Source: Chiloscyllium plagiosum (lineage: Eukaryota). Taken from it: a stretch of 64,000 nucleotides of DNA. Of the stretch, positions 37,637 through 49,774 are shown one piece after another. The stretch is from positions 990,163 to 1,054,162 of the forward strand of contig NC_057759.1 of the NCBI RefSeq assembly GCF_004010195.1. The letters run 5' to 3'. Below the pieces are notes generated by a model, which was not told the DNA's origin, did no database searches, and worked only from the letters and a program-made list of their open reading frames with translations. Numbering within the stretch: the stretch's first letter is position 1; the number at the start of each line of letters is the position of its first letter. The position numbers and the translations under genes are program-made.

Positions 37637-40191
37637 NNNNNNNNNNNNNNNNNNNNNNNNNNNNNNNNNNNNNNNNNNNNNNNNNNNNNNNNNNNNNNNN
37701 NNNNNNNNNNNNNNNNNNNNNNNNNNNNNNNNNNNNNNNNNNNNNNNNNNNNNNNNNNNNNNNNNNNNNNNNNNNNNNNNNNNNNNNNNNNNNNNNNNNN
37801 NNNNNNNNNNNNNNNNNNNTAAATGAAATAATTTCAAATAGGGAGATACGTTCAAAACAACCGTTGACACATAAATAACAGTGGATCTTCATTTCCACTT
37901 TAATGTGTGTGACAAATTCCTCATTCTAAATGGGCAATAAACAATTAAACTATAAAAAGATATACTGTCAATTCATAAGCAAATGTGCAATTTGTGGAAT
38001 TCAATGCAGATAGAAAAGACCAGATAATATCATTAATGTGAACACCTTAGTTTTGTGAAGAAACCGTGCACAGAAGAGTTGACGTCATACTGGTAAAGGG
38101 AGAACATGGAACACGAACAAGAAAAAAATTAAACTGGAAATCTATACACTTAAAGCAGTAAAAATTGATACAGTAAAAGTGGGAAGTATGTCAACTCAAC
38201 GATGAGTACGTGACTGCTTTTCTTTTAACAGATAAGCTGTCGCTTTAAAATGAAACAAACATATGCGGCAGTGAGTCAGTAAAACCGTGATTACGTCAAA
38301 CAGTGCCCAACTTCTTTGATTTACCTGGAACTCCAATCGCTGCAACCATAGGATAGTAAATAGCAGACCCAAGGCCTTTTGGTATTCTGTGCATTTCTTT
38401 AGAAATGTGAGCTCTGCAGTTCATGGAAATAATCCAACATAGATAGTTAATGCCAAACACAAGGATTCCAATTGAAACAAACATAACTATGAAGTTGCTG
38501 ACAATCTCATGTTTATTGTTTTGAAAAATTACATTTGGCTTTTAAAAAGTCGCACATGCATTTACGACGGGGGCCCATAGACCATCCCATGACATCAGAT
38601 ATGCTTCATTCATATTTATTATAAAAGAATAAAAAATGAATTAGCCCCATTGGTTCAACTGGCATTTGTTCAATAGAAAATTATTGACATAAGGGCCTTC
38701 CTGCCGAGTTAAGTGGTTTGAGCATCATGCATAACTGACCAGAGATATCTGGTTCCTCAATGAAAGACGGTCTTTGCTGACATCCGAAACGCTGTGTGCG
38801 CACTCATTCAGGGATGTCCATGAACAGAGCTCCATTCCCGTTTTGTGACGTGAAATTTCTATGAAGACACACAAAAGAAGCACTACACAGCGGCCGAGAA
38901 GTTGTGATGTCACTGAGCAAGTAATCCAAAGCCTTGATATGATGATGCTGTACCGGTTTGTGTCTAAACGCCATCATGAGATGTAGGGAAATTTGAATTC
39001 AGTAAAAATCCAAAGTCGAAAGCCAGCAGAATGTTGATTTTTAAAATAAATCTGATTCACTCATGTATTTCCAGGAAAGATTTTATTTGTTCTGAACATT
39101 GATTTTTACATGCAATAAGATGCAATCGAGGTTTGCATCCATAATTCCCACTGCTTCGCCGACCATCAGATGAAATGTAAATTCATGACCTATACTTCTT
39201 GTTCACCTCCAAGGAAAAGTCCGTCTGGTACAATGTTGAGACTAATCCTCAATGAACAGCGTCAAATCAGAATATCCAACAAACAACATGGATTTTGTCT
39301 TCTTTGAAAACTGTTTCCCACGGTTTCCAGCACTATAACAATGACATAATTTCAAAACTGTCTGATTAATAACAGAGATCTATGTAGCACCAATTGCTGT
39401 GAAAGGTGCAATGTACTCGCGGCAACTTCTGGTTCTTTCTTCCTCGATTATCATTGCCTATAAAGTAATAGTGTGACACCAGTTTATCAGCGAGTGGTAC
39501 ATCCTTCCCTGACACAATCTCCACCAATATTCAAATCATTCATCCCACAAATGCTAATCGAATAACTACACTATTATTTCAAAAAATAAATGTTGGAAAG
39601 CATTGCACTGCGTTAATGTCAAGTATATTCGATAAAACAGTTTGTTGAATTTCCAGAGAAGAATGATTGGCTTTGAGTTGAATTGCTTTCAAAGAAACAT
39701 CTTGTGGGAGGCAACACGAAAATCCGGAATCTGCATGCTACCATCGGTGCTTTTTGGTACTGACAGTAAGAGCGAATTCAGATTATTAAACTAGTTGTTT
39801 TCTTGGTTCAGTTATTGTTTTCTTCCTCCATTGTTTAATGAAATTGTGGGTTTTCAATTTAATTACTGATCTAGACGTCACCTAGCCCTGTTGTAAATTG
39901 TTGTGACAGAAATGCTCAGTTGGAATAGAAGCCTGTTCAGAAAAAGGTATGAGCCATATCACTCACTCATGCTATGGGTCAGACCAGAACCCGTCAAAAC
40001 ATTTCAAGAAAGTAGCTTAGGCCCTAACTTTGCCCGTTGTTTTAACCCAGTGTAGAGTGGATGTTCCTGGAAATATGCAGCCGACCAAACCACTTAGTTT
40101 TAAATGAATCAGAATTTATTTGGACATTTATGGAAAGAAATACATACACAAGAAAACAGAATATAGACTAACTCAACAATTGAAAAACTCA

Positions 40192-41272
40192 GAGGAGAAA
40201 GTGAGGTCTGCAGATGCTGGAGATCAAAGTTGAAGCTTTATTGCTGGAACAGCACAGCAGGTCAGGCAGCATCCAGGGAACAGGAGATTCGACGTTTCGG
40301 GCACAGGCCCTTCTTCAGGAATGAGCAGAGAGTGTTCAGCAGGAGAAGATAAAAGGTAGGGAGGAGGGACTTGGAGGAGGGGCGGGGGAAATGTGATAGG
40401 TGGAAAGAGGCCAAGGTGAGGGTGATAGGGCGGAGTAGGATGGAGGCGGAGAGGACAAGAAGAAGACTGCAGGACAGGAAGGCGGTGCCGGGCTGGAAGG
40501 ACCCGGCTGAGACAAGGTGGGGGGAGGGGGGATGAAGAAACTGGTGAAGTCCAAGTTCATCCCCTGCGGTTGGAGGGTTCCCAGTCGGAAGATAAGACGC
40601 TCCTCCTCCAACCGTCGCGTTGTTGTGGTTTGGCGGTGGATGAGTCCAATGACCTGCATATCCTCGGTGGAGTGGGAGGGGGAGTTGAAATGCTGTGCTA
40701 CAGGGTGATTGGGTTGGTTCGTCCAGGTGGCCCAGAGGTGCTCCCTGAATCGCTCCGCAAGTAGGCGGCCTGTCTCCCCAATATAGAGGAGGCCACACCG
40801 GCTGCAGCGGATGCAGTAGATGATGTGGGTGGAGGTGCAGGTGAATCTGTGGCGGATATGGAAGTTTCCCTTGGGGCCTTGAAGAGAAGTGAGGGGGGAG
40901 GTGTGGGCGCAAATGTTGCACCTCCTGCGGTTGCAAGGGAAGGTCCTTCTTCAAGGACCGCAATTTCCCCCCCGACGTGGGCGGCGGTGCCCTCCCCCGC
41001 ATCTCCTCCACTTCCCGCTCCTCCGCCCTTGAGCCCCGCCCCCCCAACCGCCACCAGGACAGAACCCCACTGGCCCCCACCTACCACCCCACCAACCCCC
41101 ATGTACAGCGCATCATCCGCCGTCACGTCCGCCACCTCCAAACAGACCCCAGCACCAAGGATATATTTCCCTACCCTCCCCTATCAGCTTTCCGTAGAGA
41201 CCACTCCCTACGCGACTCCCTTGACAGATCCACACCCCCCACCGACCCAACCAACACTCCCGGCACCTTCCC
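40192..41272. mobile_element. Penelope-like retroelement with internal inversion
   Basis: Minus-strand GIY-YIG 3' end (RRLEEERLIFRLGTLQPQGMN) at 40192-40940, then plus-strand upstream ORF part (DRTPLAPTYHP...) at 40940-41272. Confidence 0.9.
40287..40322 (-). ncRNA. Minimal type I hammerhead ribozyme motif in Penelope pLTR
   Basis: AUUC-CUGAAGA-A-GGGC-CUGU-GCCC-GAAAC-GUC-GAAU: intact core, perfect stems I and II, GUC cleavage triplet. Confidence 0.75.
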
Positions 41273-42528
41273 AAATGCACAGACAAATGTTCAAAACGTT
41301 ACATAGTAGACATGGGGATTTGCACACAAGTATTAAAATTTGTTATTCCCCTCTGAAATACGAACAAAAAGCTATCACCAATTACTGTGAAGCACAACCT
41401 TGGCTCATGAATGCTCTATAATCAAGGCAACCTGCCATCCTTACGTCTTCTGTGTGCAAGTGATTGTTGACCAACGTCAATCTATGGAAGGTAAATATCC
41501 ACATGAAAAGGCTGAGGATGGCATTGATTGAAGGCGCAATTAGACATTGGAAATAATTCTAACTTTAATAGCGACGCCGACATACCAGGAGGAAGTGAGA
41601 ATAAACAGTTACAGGGAAAGTTAATAAGAGAATGTCCATCGTCACAGAAATCGTGCTTTGTGCTTTATTTTAATCAGTAACAGCTAATTCAGAGGGGTGA
41701 CGTAAATTATATAACAGCCGTTTGAATACTTAATTAGTTGTGGATTAGAAACAATAAATGTAAAATATCCGGCTAATATGTGCTAAGAATACTAATTTTG
41801 TTGAATGTTCAGAAGCAATTAACCCCTTCCATGACGGTATTCCTGTAAATCCACTTCACATCATTTTACGTCCCACTCCAATGAAGTTAGATGACGCGCA
41901 ATTACCTAGTCCACTTTTTGTTTCCAAATGGGTAATCTGAATGGGTAACTGAAACCACCTTGAACACTTCTCAATATATCCTGCAAGGTTGTCATGTTTA
42001 CTAACCTAAGGACAAGATTGTGTATTGGGTTGAAAATCTGGAGTGAGACCAAAGGAATATGTCCGTGCTTGTTTCTCTCTTAAAGAGACAGACGAGATGG
42101 GAGATTGCGACGTTGTCTTGGATTGCAAAAGTGTGGTGAGACATTGGATGTAATCATCGCGGGAGATACTGCATGATGATCTGGAGTGCACTGCTTTTGT
42201 CTCCAATTGGGTGCATTAAAAAAAACTATTAATTTGTGGGCTGCGGGTGTCACTGGTCTGCAGTCCCCACGTTCACGGTAATGACTAAAAGTCATTGCAT
42301 GTCAATCCATCAGGACCGCAAAAAGTTTCGGCTCTGATTCTGTGAGATGGACCAAAGTATGTTGGTTCCTGTTTCAATATGTTTGCAGCATCATAGGACT
42401 GGATGATAAAGCCTAATGTTGCAGCGCACTGAGTGTGGAGCCTGAAACAGTTATATTGCCTGGAAACAGGAATTCACGGCGGGCAGGGCCTGTACACGCG
42501 TCTGTGTGCGGCTGAAGCTACTGCCATG

Positions 42529-42810
42529 CAGAAACCCGAGGAATCCCTGCCCTTGGACAAACCGTGGAATTGTGGCAACTTGCTTGTCCTTTCTGCACTG
42601 GAGACTTATGGGTGCAATCACACTAGAGAGAGACAGTTCTCCTGCACCGAATGTGGGAAGGGCTTTACCCAAGCTCCCAAGCCTCCCACCTGCTTTCCCA
42701 CTGGCAGGTCCACACTGGGACTGGTGGTCCAAATGCCCCGTGTGCAGGAATTGCTTTACCCAAGCCTGCTAACTGCTGTCACACCAGCAGGTCCACACTG
42801 GGACTGGGGT
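42529..42810 (+). pseudogene. C2H2 zinc-finger gene remnant
   Basis: KPEESLPLDKPWNCG...SALETYGCNHTRERQFSCTECGKGFTQ, then frameshifted HTG...KCPVCRNCFTQ fingers. Confidence 0.75.
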
Positions 42811-42995
42811 GACCTGCCCTGCACTTGTAGAGGCACCAAAAGGGGCGGCAGGGCTCCCAGCAATTAGATTCCACCGGTGTCGCTGCTGTAGGTCTCTCCA
42901 AGGACTGAACCTCCTGCCCATTCACACAGTGGGTGCAGTATGAGAGTTTGTGGGCATTTCTTTTTGTTTTCTGTAGGATCCCACAGTGCTCAGGG

Positions 42996-43352
42996 GTGGC
43001 ACAGTGACTCTGTGGTTGGTCCTGCTGTCTCACAGCGCCAGGGACACGGGCTCGATTCCACCGTCGGGCCGAATGTCTGAATGAAGTTTGCATGTTCTCC
43101 CTTTGTGTCTGCGTGGCTTTTGTTTGAGTGCTCTGGTTTTCTCCTACAGTCCAAAAATATACCGGTTAGGGTGAATTGGCCAAGCTACGTTGCCCACAGT
43201 GTTCAGGGATGTGCACGTGTGGTGCATCATTCAAGAGTAAATGTAGGTTAATAGGATAGGAGAATTGGTCTGGGTGGGTTAATCTTATGACAGACAGTGT
43301 GGACTTGTTGGTCTGACGGGCCTGTTTCCACGCTGTCAGCATTCTATTATTC
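42996..43352 (+). mobile_element. HE1-like SINE (older)
   Basis: ggcacagtg...ggctcgattcca head and conserved core. Confidence 0.75.
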
Positions 43353-43649
43353 TGTGCACTTTGCTTCCATTTGGCGCTGCTGCTCAGGACTGCCTGTTCC
43401 CACTGAAACGATCTGCAGAAACTTGAGACCACAAGACCATAAGAGCAAAAGTTAGGATATTTGGCCCATCGAGTCTGCTCGGCCATCACTGGAGACAAAA
43501 AGAGGACCGCAGATGTTGGAATCCAAAGTAGGCAGGTGGGAGGCTGGGAGAACACAGTAAACCAGACAGCACCAACAGGTGGAGAAGTCAGAGTTTGCAG
43601 TATTAACCCTTTTACCTGAAACATTCACTTCTCCAATTTCAAATCTTTC

Positions 43650-44105
43650 CCACGATGATGCCAGGGATTGCAGTGTTTAAGCAAGAGGGAGAGGTTGAAT
43701 AGGTTGGGGATTTTTTTCACTGAAGCGTCAGATTCTGAGTGTTGACCTTGTGGAGGTTTATAAAATCATGAGGGGCATGGATAAGGTAAATAGACAAGGG
43801 TATGGGGCATCCAGAACTAGAGAGCAAAGGCTTCTGGTAAGTGGGATGAGATTTAAAAGAGATTTAGGGTGCAACATTTTCACACAAAGGGTGGTGCATG
43901 TATGGAATAAGCTGCCAGAGGAAGTGATGGATGCTGGTGTAACTACAACGTTTAAAAGACATCTGGATGGGCATATGAATAGGAAGAGTTGGTAGGGATA
44001 TGGCCAATTGCTGGCAAATGGAACTAAATTAGGTTAAAATGTCTGGTTGGGATTGATGAGTTGGACCAACTCTGTTTCAGTGCTGTTCATCTCCCTGACT
44101 CTATG
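43650..44105 (+). mobile_element. CR1 LINE 3' fragment
   Basis: EVYKIMRGMDKV...FTQRVVHVWNKLP. Confidence 0.85.
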
Positions 44106-45629
44106 ACCCTATTACCATTCAATCATAGCTGATAAATTTCTCCACACCACTCTCCTGCTTTTTCCTTGTAACCTTTGATCAGCAATCAAGAACCTCTCCA
44201 CCTCCATCTTCAATATACTCAATGGGTCTTGCCTTGCCCAGAGCTGGCAACTGGTTGATTGTTGGGCTTTTGCCCAAAACGTTGATTTTCCTGCACCTCA
44301 GATGCTGCCTGACCTGTTGTGCTTTTCCAGTACCACTCTAATCTTGACACTAATCTCTAGAATCTGCAGTACTCAGCTCCGCTTGTGGATTTAGTAAGTC
44401 GAGAGAAAACTGTTTTGAAGCAGACAGCCACAGAGAATGTTAATTCTCCTTTTAAACAAAAAGAGGAAAATCGCTGTTGACCGGCTGCTGCAGATTTTGG
44501 AAGCTTTGAAAACCAGCTGTTTGACTCGAGTATTTTTCTATCCAGTTAAAGAATTCTTGTCACTTTCTGGGAATGAGTCCCAGGTTGTAAGAAATAGATG
44601 TATACTTCATGGCGTCCATTCACGTTCTGCAATGACTACGGAGTTTGATATAGAGTTATGTGCCTGCAAACAACTCATCATCCAAGGTTTTCCCAAAGGA
44701 ATGGCAATCCATTGTTGGAAACTATTTCATTGAATGGCTAATTCTTTGTTTTTATTTTCTCTTTTAATTTGCCCCTTGAGTCTCTGTCTATGGGACAGTG
44801 GGGGACATGATCAAAAGGCTGAGACCATCCCTATAAATTCGGTTATCTTGTTTAACCTTGCCCTAGTAAAGTTGCAGTGTTTACAATTGTTAATTTGTGT
44901 TCAAATTACAATTTTTGTGTGCAATATCTGTTCTTCATCAAGTCTGGTTCGGAATAGTTGAGGAATGTTGAGGGATATTGCATGTTTTAATTTCACTGTG
45001 TTGTGAATCCGGTGATAGTGACACTCGTTAATGTTGGCTTGCTTCCCCTGAGTTGTAAGGCCTTTCACCCCAACCACTCATTATGGTAGTGACACTCAGC
45101 ACATGCTGAGGTTTCTCATAAAGTTCTCAGTACAGACTTTGAAGGGAGAATGTTGACCAGGTCAGAATATAAGGTGCTAACTGCAAAATACCAGGAAGAC
45201 ATGTGACAAGGTAAAACCTTGACAATGTGAGACAAATAAGGAACTTCGACAGCAATGAGGAGGTCACAAGTCAGTGTTCAAGATAGTAACAAAGTACTAT
45301 GTAGACATTGAATGTTGTAATTAGGCAAGTGTCTAGATGCTGTAGTTGGTTGAATATGATCAGGTAAGACAAATGAAATAACCAAATCCATCAATCATAA
45401 TTGAATGTTGGTAACCGTAAAACAAGTGCATACTATTGATTGGTATATGCAAACTGCTTATCAATTCACACAGCTGTATATAAAACTGGTATATTTTATT
45501 ACTTGGGGAGTTTGTTGCCATCGTGTGGAAATGGTTCTGCAAGCTTTCATAAAAGCAGTGTAAGAAGAAAGTTTCCACGTGTCATCTGGTCTGTTACAGA
45601 TTCCAGGCAGTTCTAGATTCCCCACAGTG

Positions 45630-45900
45630 GGCAAGCAGGCCATTCAGCCCTGAGAGTTGACACTGACTGACCGCCCCACCCCGTTATCCCATCCCTGCAA
45701 CCCTACATTTTCGACAGCCATTGCACCGTAACCCGCACATATTTTGGATTGTGGGAGGAAGACGAAGACCCCGGAGAAAACCCACGCAGACATGGCGGAG
45801 CAGAAAGCGCAAACACCACACAGACAGTCACCCGAGGCTGAAATCGAACCTGAGTCGCTGATGCTATGAGACAGCAGTGCTAACCACAAGGCCACCATCC
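45630..45900 (-). mobile_element. HE1-like SINE
   Basis: Reverse-complement tRNA head (ggtggccttgtggttagc...ggttcgatttc) and core. Confidence 0.75.
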
Positions 45901-46639
45901 AATACGGCTCGCTGAAGAAGTGAATTCCAAAGACTCGGGAACCCCTAAGAGAAAAAAACAAAACTCTCCTACATTAAATGAGAGGACGTCTATTTGTTAA
46001 CTGTGCCCACTCATTTCTCGTGTCAGACACAAAGGGATTTATACATTCACATTGTTAAGTCCTCTCGGGATGTTGCAAACCTCTATCAGATCATTTGATT
46101 CTTCTAAGGTCTAACTGATGTAAGCCCAACCCGGCATCTCCTTGTCCCCAGTTGTAAGTTGAGTAAATCAGCTCTGAACCACTTTGAATGTACTTACATC
46201 CTTTCTTAAGTGAAGAGACCAAGTCTGGTGGTCTTCCCAAAACCACNNNNNNNNNNNNNNNNNNNNNNNNNNNNNNNNNNNNNNNNNNNNNNNNNNNNNN
46301 NNNNNNNNNNNNNNNNNNNNNNNNNNNNNNNNNNNNNNNAAAAAAAACTGAAGCCCTTGCATTGTATCCCATTCATCACCTCTTGACAACGTTTGGACGA
46401 CTTTCCTTCCTGTTCATTCAATAATGCTATTAATGTTAATCAACACTGTTAAATGAGCTGAAAATGATGAGCTCTATTTGAAATGATGACTGTCAATGTG
46501 GCACGATGCCAATAGACTTCTGAAATAGAGGGGCATAATTCCACTATTCATATTGTTGTGGCTGATCCTTTCGTGGTCTTAGCTCCACTTACGCACCCTC
46601 TCGCCATAACTCTTCCTTCCATCATTGTTTTAAAAGGTA

Positions 46640-47345
46640 CCTATCTTAGCTTTAAAAAACATTTACTGAAGAAGCCTCAAGTACTTCACTGGGCAAGGAA
46701 TTCCACAGATTCACAACCCTCTGGGCAAAGAAGTTCTTTCTCAATTCTGTCATAAACCTGTTCCACCTAATTTTGAGGCTAAGCCCTTTTGTCTCAGTTT
46801 CACCCACGAGTGGCAAAATCCTCTCTGCGCCTCTCTTATCTATTCCCTTCATAACTTTATATGTTTCTATAAGATCCTACCTCATTCTTCTAAATTCCAA
46901 TGAATATAATCGCTGCCTACTCAGACTGTCTTCATAAGCCAACAACCTCAACCCTGGAATCAACTAGTGATCCTCCTCTGCACACCCCCCAGTTTCAGCG
47001 CATGTTTTCTTAAGCAAGGAGACTAAAACTGCAAGCAGTACTCAGGGTTGGCCTAGCAAGCACCCTATACAGCTGCAACATACCCTCAATGCTCCTAAAC
47101 TTTAACCCTTTAGCAATGAATGACAACATTCTATTTGCCTTCTTAATGACCTTTTGTACCTGCATACCAACCTTCTGTGATTCATGCACAAGGACACCCA
47201 GGTCCCTCTACACACTAGCATGCTGCAACTTTTTTTTTACCATTCAAGTAATAGTCCTTTTTACTCTTATTCCTACTTAAATGGATGACTTCATATTTAT
47301 TAGCATTGTACTCCAACTGTCACACCTTCAATCACTCACTTATCC
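46640..47345 (-). mobile_element. CR1 LINE 3' fragment
   Basis: ELRKNFFAQRVVNLWNSLP. Confidence 0.8.
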
Positions 47346-47354
47346 TAGCTCAGG

Positions 47355-47700
47355 AGGCTAAGGAGGTTCAGCATAACTGTAAAGACTCTTACGAATGTTA
47401 AAGATGCACCGAAGAAAGAATTCTATCCAGATGCATCGTGGCTTGGTATGGCAACTGCTGTGCCGAGGACCATAAGAAACTACAGAGAGTTCCAAACACA
47501 GCCCAGTCCATCACACATGCCAACCTGCCATCCATTGACTCAACGTGTACTTCCTGCTGCCTCAGGAAAGCAGACAACATTATCAAAGACCCATCCCTGC
47601 CCAGTTATCATCTCTTCCATCGGGCAGAAGATACAGAAGCTTATACAGATGGACCAACGGATTCAAGAACAGCCTTTTCCCTTCTGCTATTGAAATTCAG
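47355..47700 (+). mobile_element. Rex1/Babar-like LINE 3' fragment
   Basis: AWYGNC..DHKKLQRV..TAQSIT..LPSI and LPSGRRYRSL...FKNSLFPSAI. Confidence 0.7.
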
Positions 47701-49127
47701 AATATACACTTCAAATTTCAAATTTAATATCGATCTCACCCTTTCTGCACCCTCTCTGCAGCCTTAGCATTCATTCCTCACTCTGTTCTATTACCCTAAT
47801 GCATATTGTGTTACATAACTTGCCTGCACTTTCACTGTACGGAGGTACACGCAACAAGAATAAAGCACAACATATCAAATTGAATGATCCACGTTGTTTG
47901 TTTTTTTAACAAGATAAAACTCCCATTAAATGAGTATCATTCGCAAAGCAATGTTGACTCTGCCTGATTGTAACTAGAGGTTATAAGTGTCACACTTGTC
48001 TTCCATCACGGCTGATTGCAGCATTTTCCCCCGTGACTGGTGTTAAACCAAGCAGCGTATACATTCCTGCCTTTTTATCCCTGCTTCCATGAAGAGAGCA
48101 ATATCCTGCAGTCTGCTGTGACCACTTAAGAACCTCGGATACTTTGAAAGATTAAAACTCGTGATCCGGCTCCTTCCTTTTTGAAGATGCGATGATAAAG
48201 TCTCTTGTAGCATTGCATGGATCACAGAAAGAACATGCACATTTCGGGCAGGTGGATCACCTCACAATGTGTGACATTCCACTGCAAAGGTTCTTCCTTC
48301 ACCTCAGTAGTCAGAGTGCAACGTGTGGACACGCAGTTAGCCTCATGTCATGTTATAGTCATGTGATGCGTCAATAAGCACAGAACCCACATGTGTCTCA
48401 GCCTGAGGTCTTGCAATATTGAGTGTTGTTAATAAACTTCAAGACATCTGTCTCAACAACAACACAGGCTGCATGCTATTGGGACAATTCTACCTCTGTA
48501 GCAGTGTTATGTTGTCCTTGTTTTGTTTTTTTCAAAAGGGTTTGTAAAGGCAGTGGTGCCGAAATAGTGAATAGACACAGCCTGACTCAACAACCAGGGG
48601 AAACCTTGATTTTTTTTTTAACAGTTGTACGATGAAAGGCGAGTGGCCAGTTCTCTCAGCTCAGGTTTTATTTCAGTTTGATTTAATATTACTGGAATAA
48701 AAAAAAACTGCTGAGGACTTAGAGAAGCAGCTACAATGAAACAAAGTTCTATGCTCTAACAGACGTTTTCTTGATTGACTCTACTCTCTGAAACTACTAA
48801 TACTGACCAGAATGTGTCGGTTAGAGTGAATTGGCCATGCTAAATTACCCATAGTGCCCAAGGATGTGCTGGTTATGATAGATTGGTTGTGCGAAATAAC
48901 ACATGTGCGGGTTATTGTGGCTTGCCATGCTAAATTACCGATAGTGTCCAGGGATGTGTAGGTTTGGTGCATGAGTCAGGGTTAAATGCAGAGGGGTAGG
49001 GGAATGCGTCTGGGTGGGTTATCCTCTGGAGGGTCAGTGTGCACTCGTTTGGCCGAGTGACCTGCTTCCACATTGTAGGATTTCTCTGAAAGGAAGGGAT
49101 TTTTGCAAACTGTACTCTCCTCCTGGT

Positions 49128-49250
49128 ACACTGCAGGGCAACGCAGGCACAGTGCAGACTCGCCGTCCGGCCGTCCAGAGCAGGCGCAGTGCAGATTCCG
49201 CCATCGACCGGACCCTCGCCTCATTTTAATGTCACAACGCGGAAGTGGCT
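49128..49250. promoter_or_regulatory. CpG-rich promoter-like patch
   Basis: NRF1-like gcaggcgca, YY1-like ccgccat and ETS cggaagtg are clustered in about 120 bp. Confidence 0.35.
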
Positions 49251-49774
49251 TTGTCAGTTTCAGAATGAATCTCCCTCCTCTATGCAAATCCTCGAACTGG
49301 GAGGCAGAGAGAGAGAGAGAGCGAAGGGGACAGTCTCTTCACTTGTAGCAAGTAGAGTGAACCCAGGGAGAGAGCAGACTTTGCGAACTCGGGTATGTGT
49401 GTTAATTACCCGGGTGAGGAGGGACAGAAAGACAGAAATTGGGAAGGGGGAGGGGGAGAGATCTTTTCTGCTTTTACTTTTAAAATGCACACGGTCCCCA
49501 CAACTAAATACAACAGTTAAAAGTGCATGCAATATGCCTCATTGCATCTCCAAGCTGGCTGCAACGGTTTTGCATCCTCCGTTCTTCCTCCGCCTTGTTT
49601 CCACCACATTTTGCTTTCTTTCCCCATCCCCAACCCCCGCCCCGAGGCGTTGATGCTTCCAATCTGACCCTCTTGAGTACAGGAGAAGTAAGGTTATGTT
49701 GAGACTGTGCAGGACATTGGTAAGATCACTGGAATATTGTGTGCAATTCTGGTCTGCCCCCCATAGGAAGAATG

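Larger units (their letters stand above)
34973..38394 (-). pseudogene. GPR139/GPR142-like class A orphan GPCR pseudogene, copy A (exon 1 38325-38394, exon 2 34973-35891)
   Basis: Exon 1 MHRIPKGLGSAIYYPMVAAIGVP|gtaaat. Exon 2 ADMEAIAVLSQGRCGLSRCVTRYLISMAVSDLLV...SIWLTVAFTFDRF...YCTEKTA...LLNARTVRHILAAS...NRRKSIVLLFTISGNFILL. Several frameshifts. Confidence 0.88.
31603..40191 (+). repeat. Segmental duplication copy A
   Basis: Colinear near-identity with 57549-63391, from gccgaaacaatctttcaggtg to aaaaactca, including shared SINE and microsatellite insertions. Confidence 0.9.

Noticed and set aside
39071..39960. Well-conserved non-repetitive-looking block shared by both duplicates
   Set aside because: The frames I examined contain stops and no recognisable motif. 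The similarity is explained by the duplication itself.
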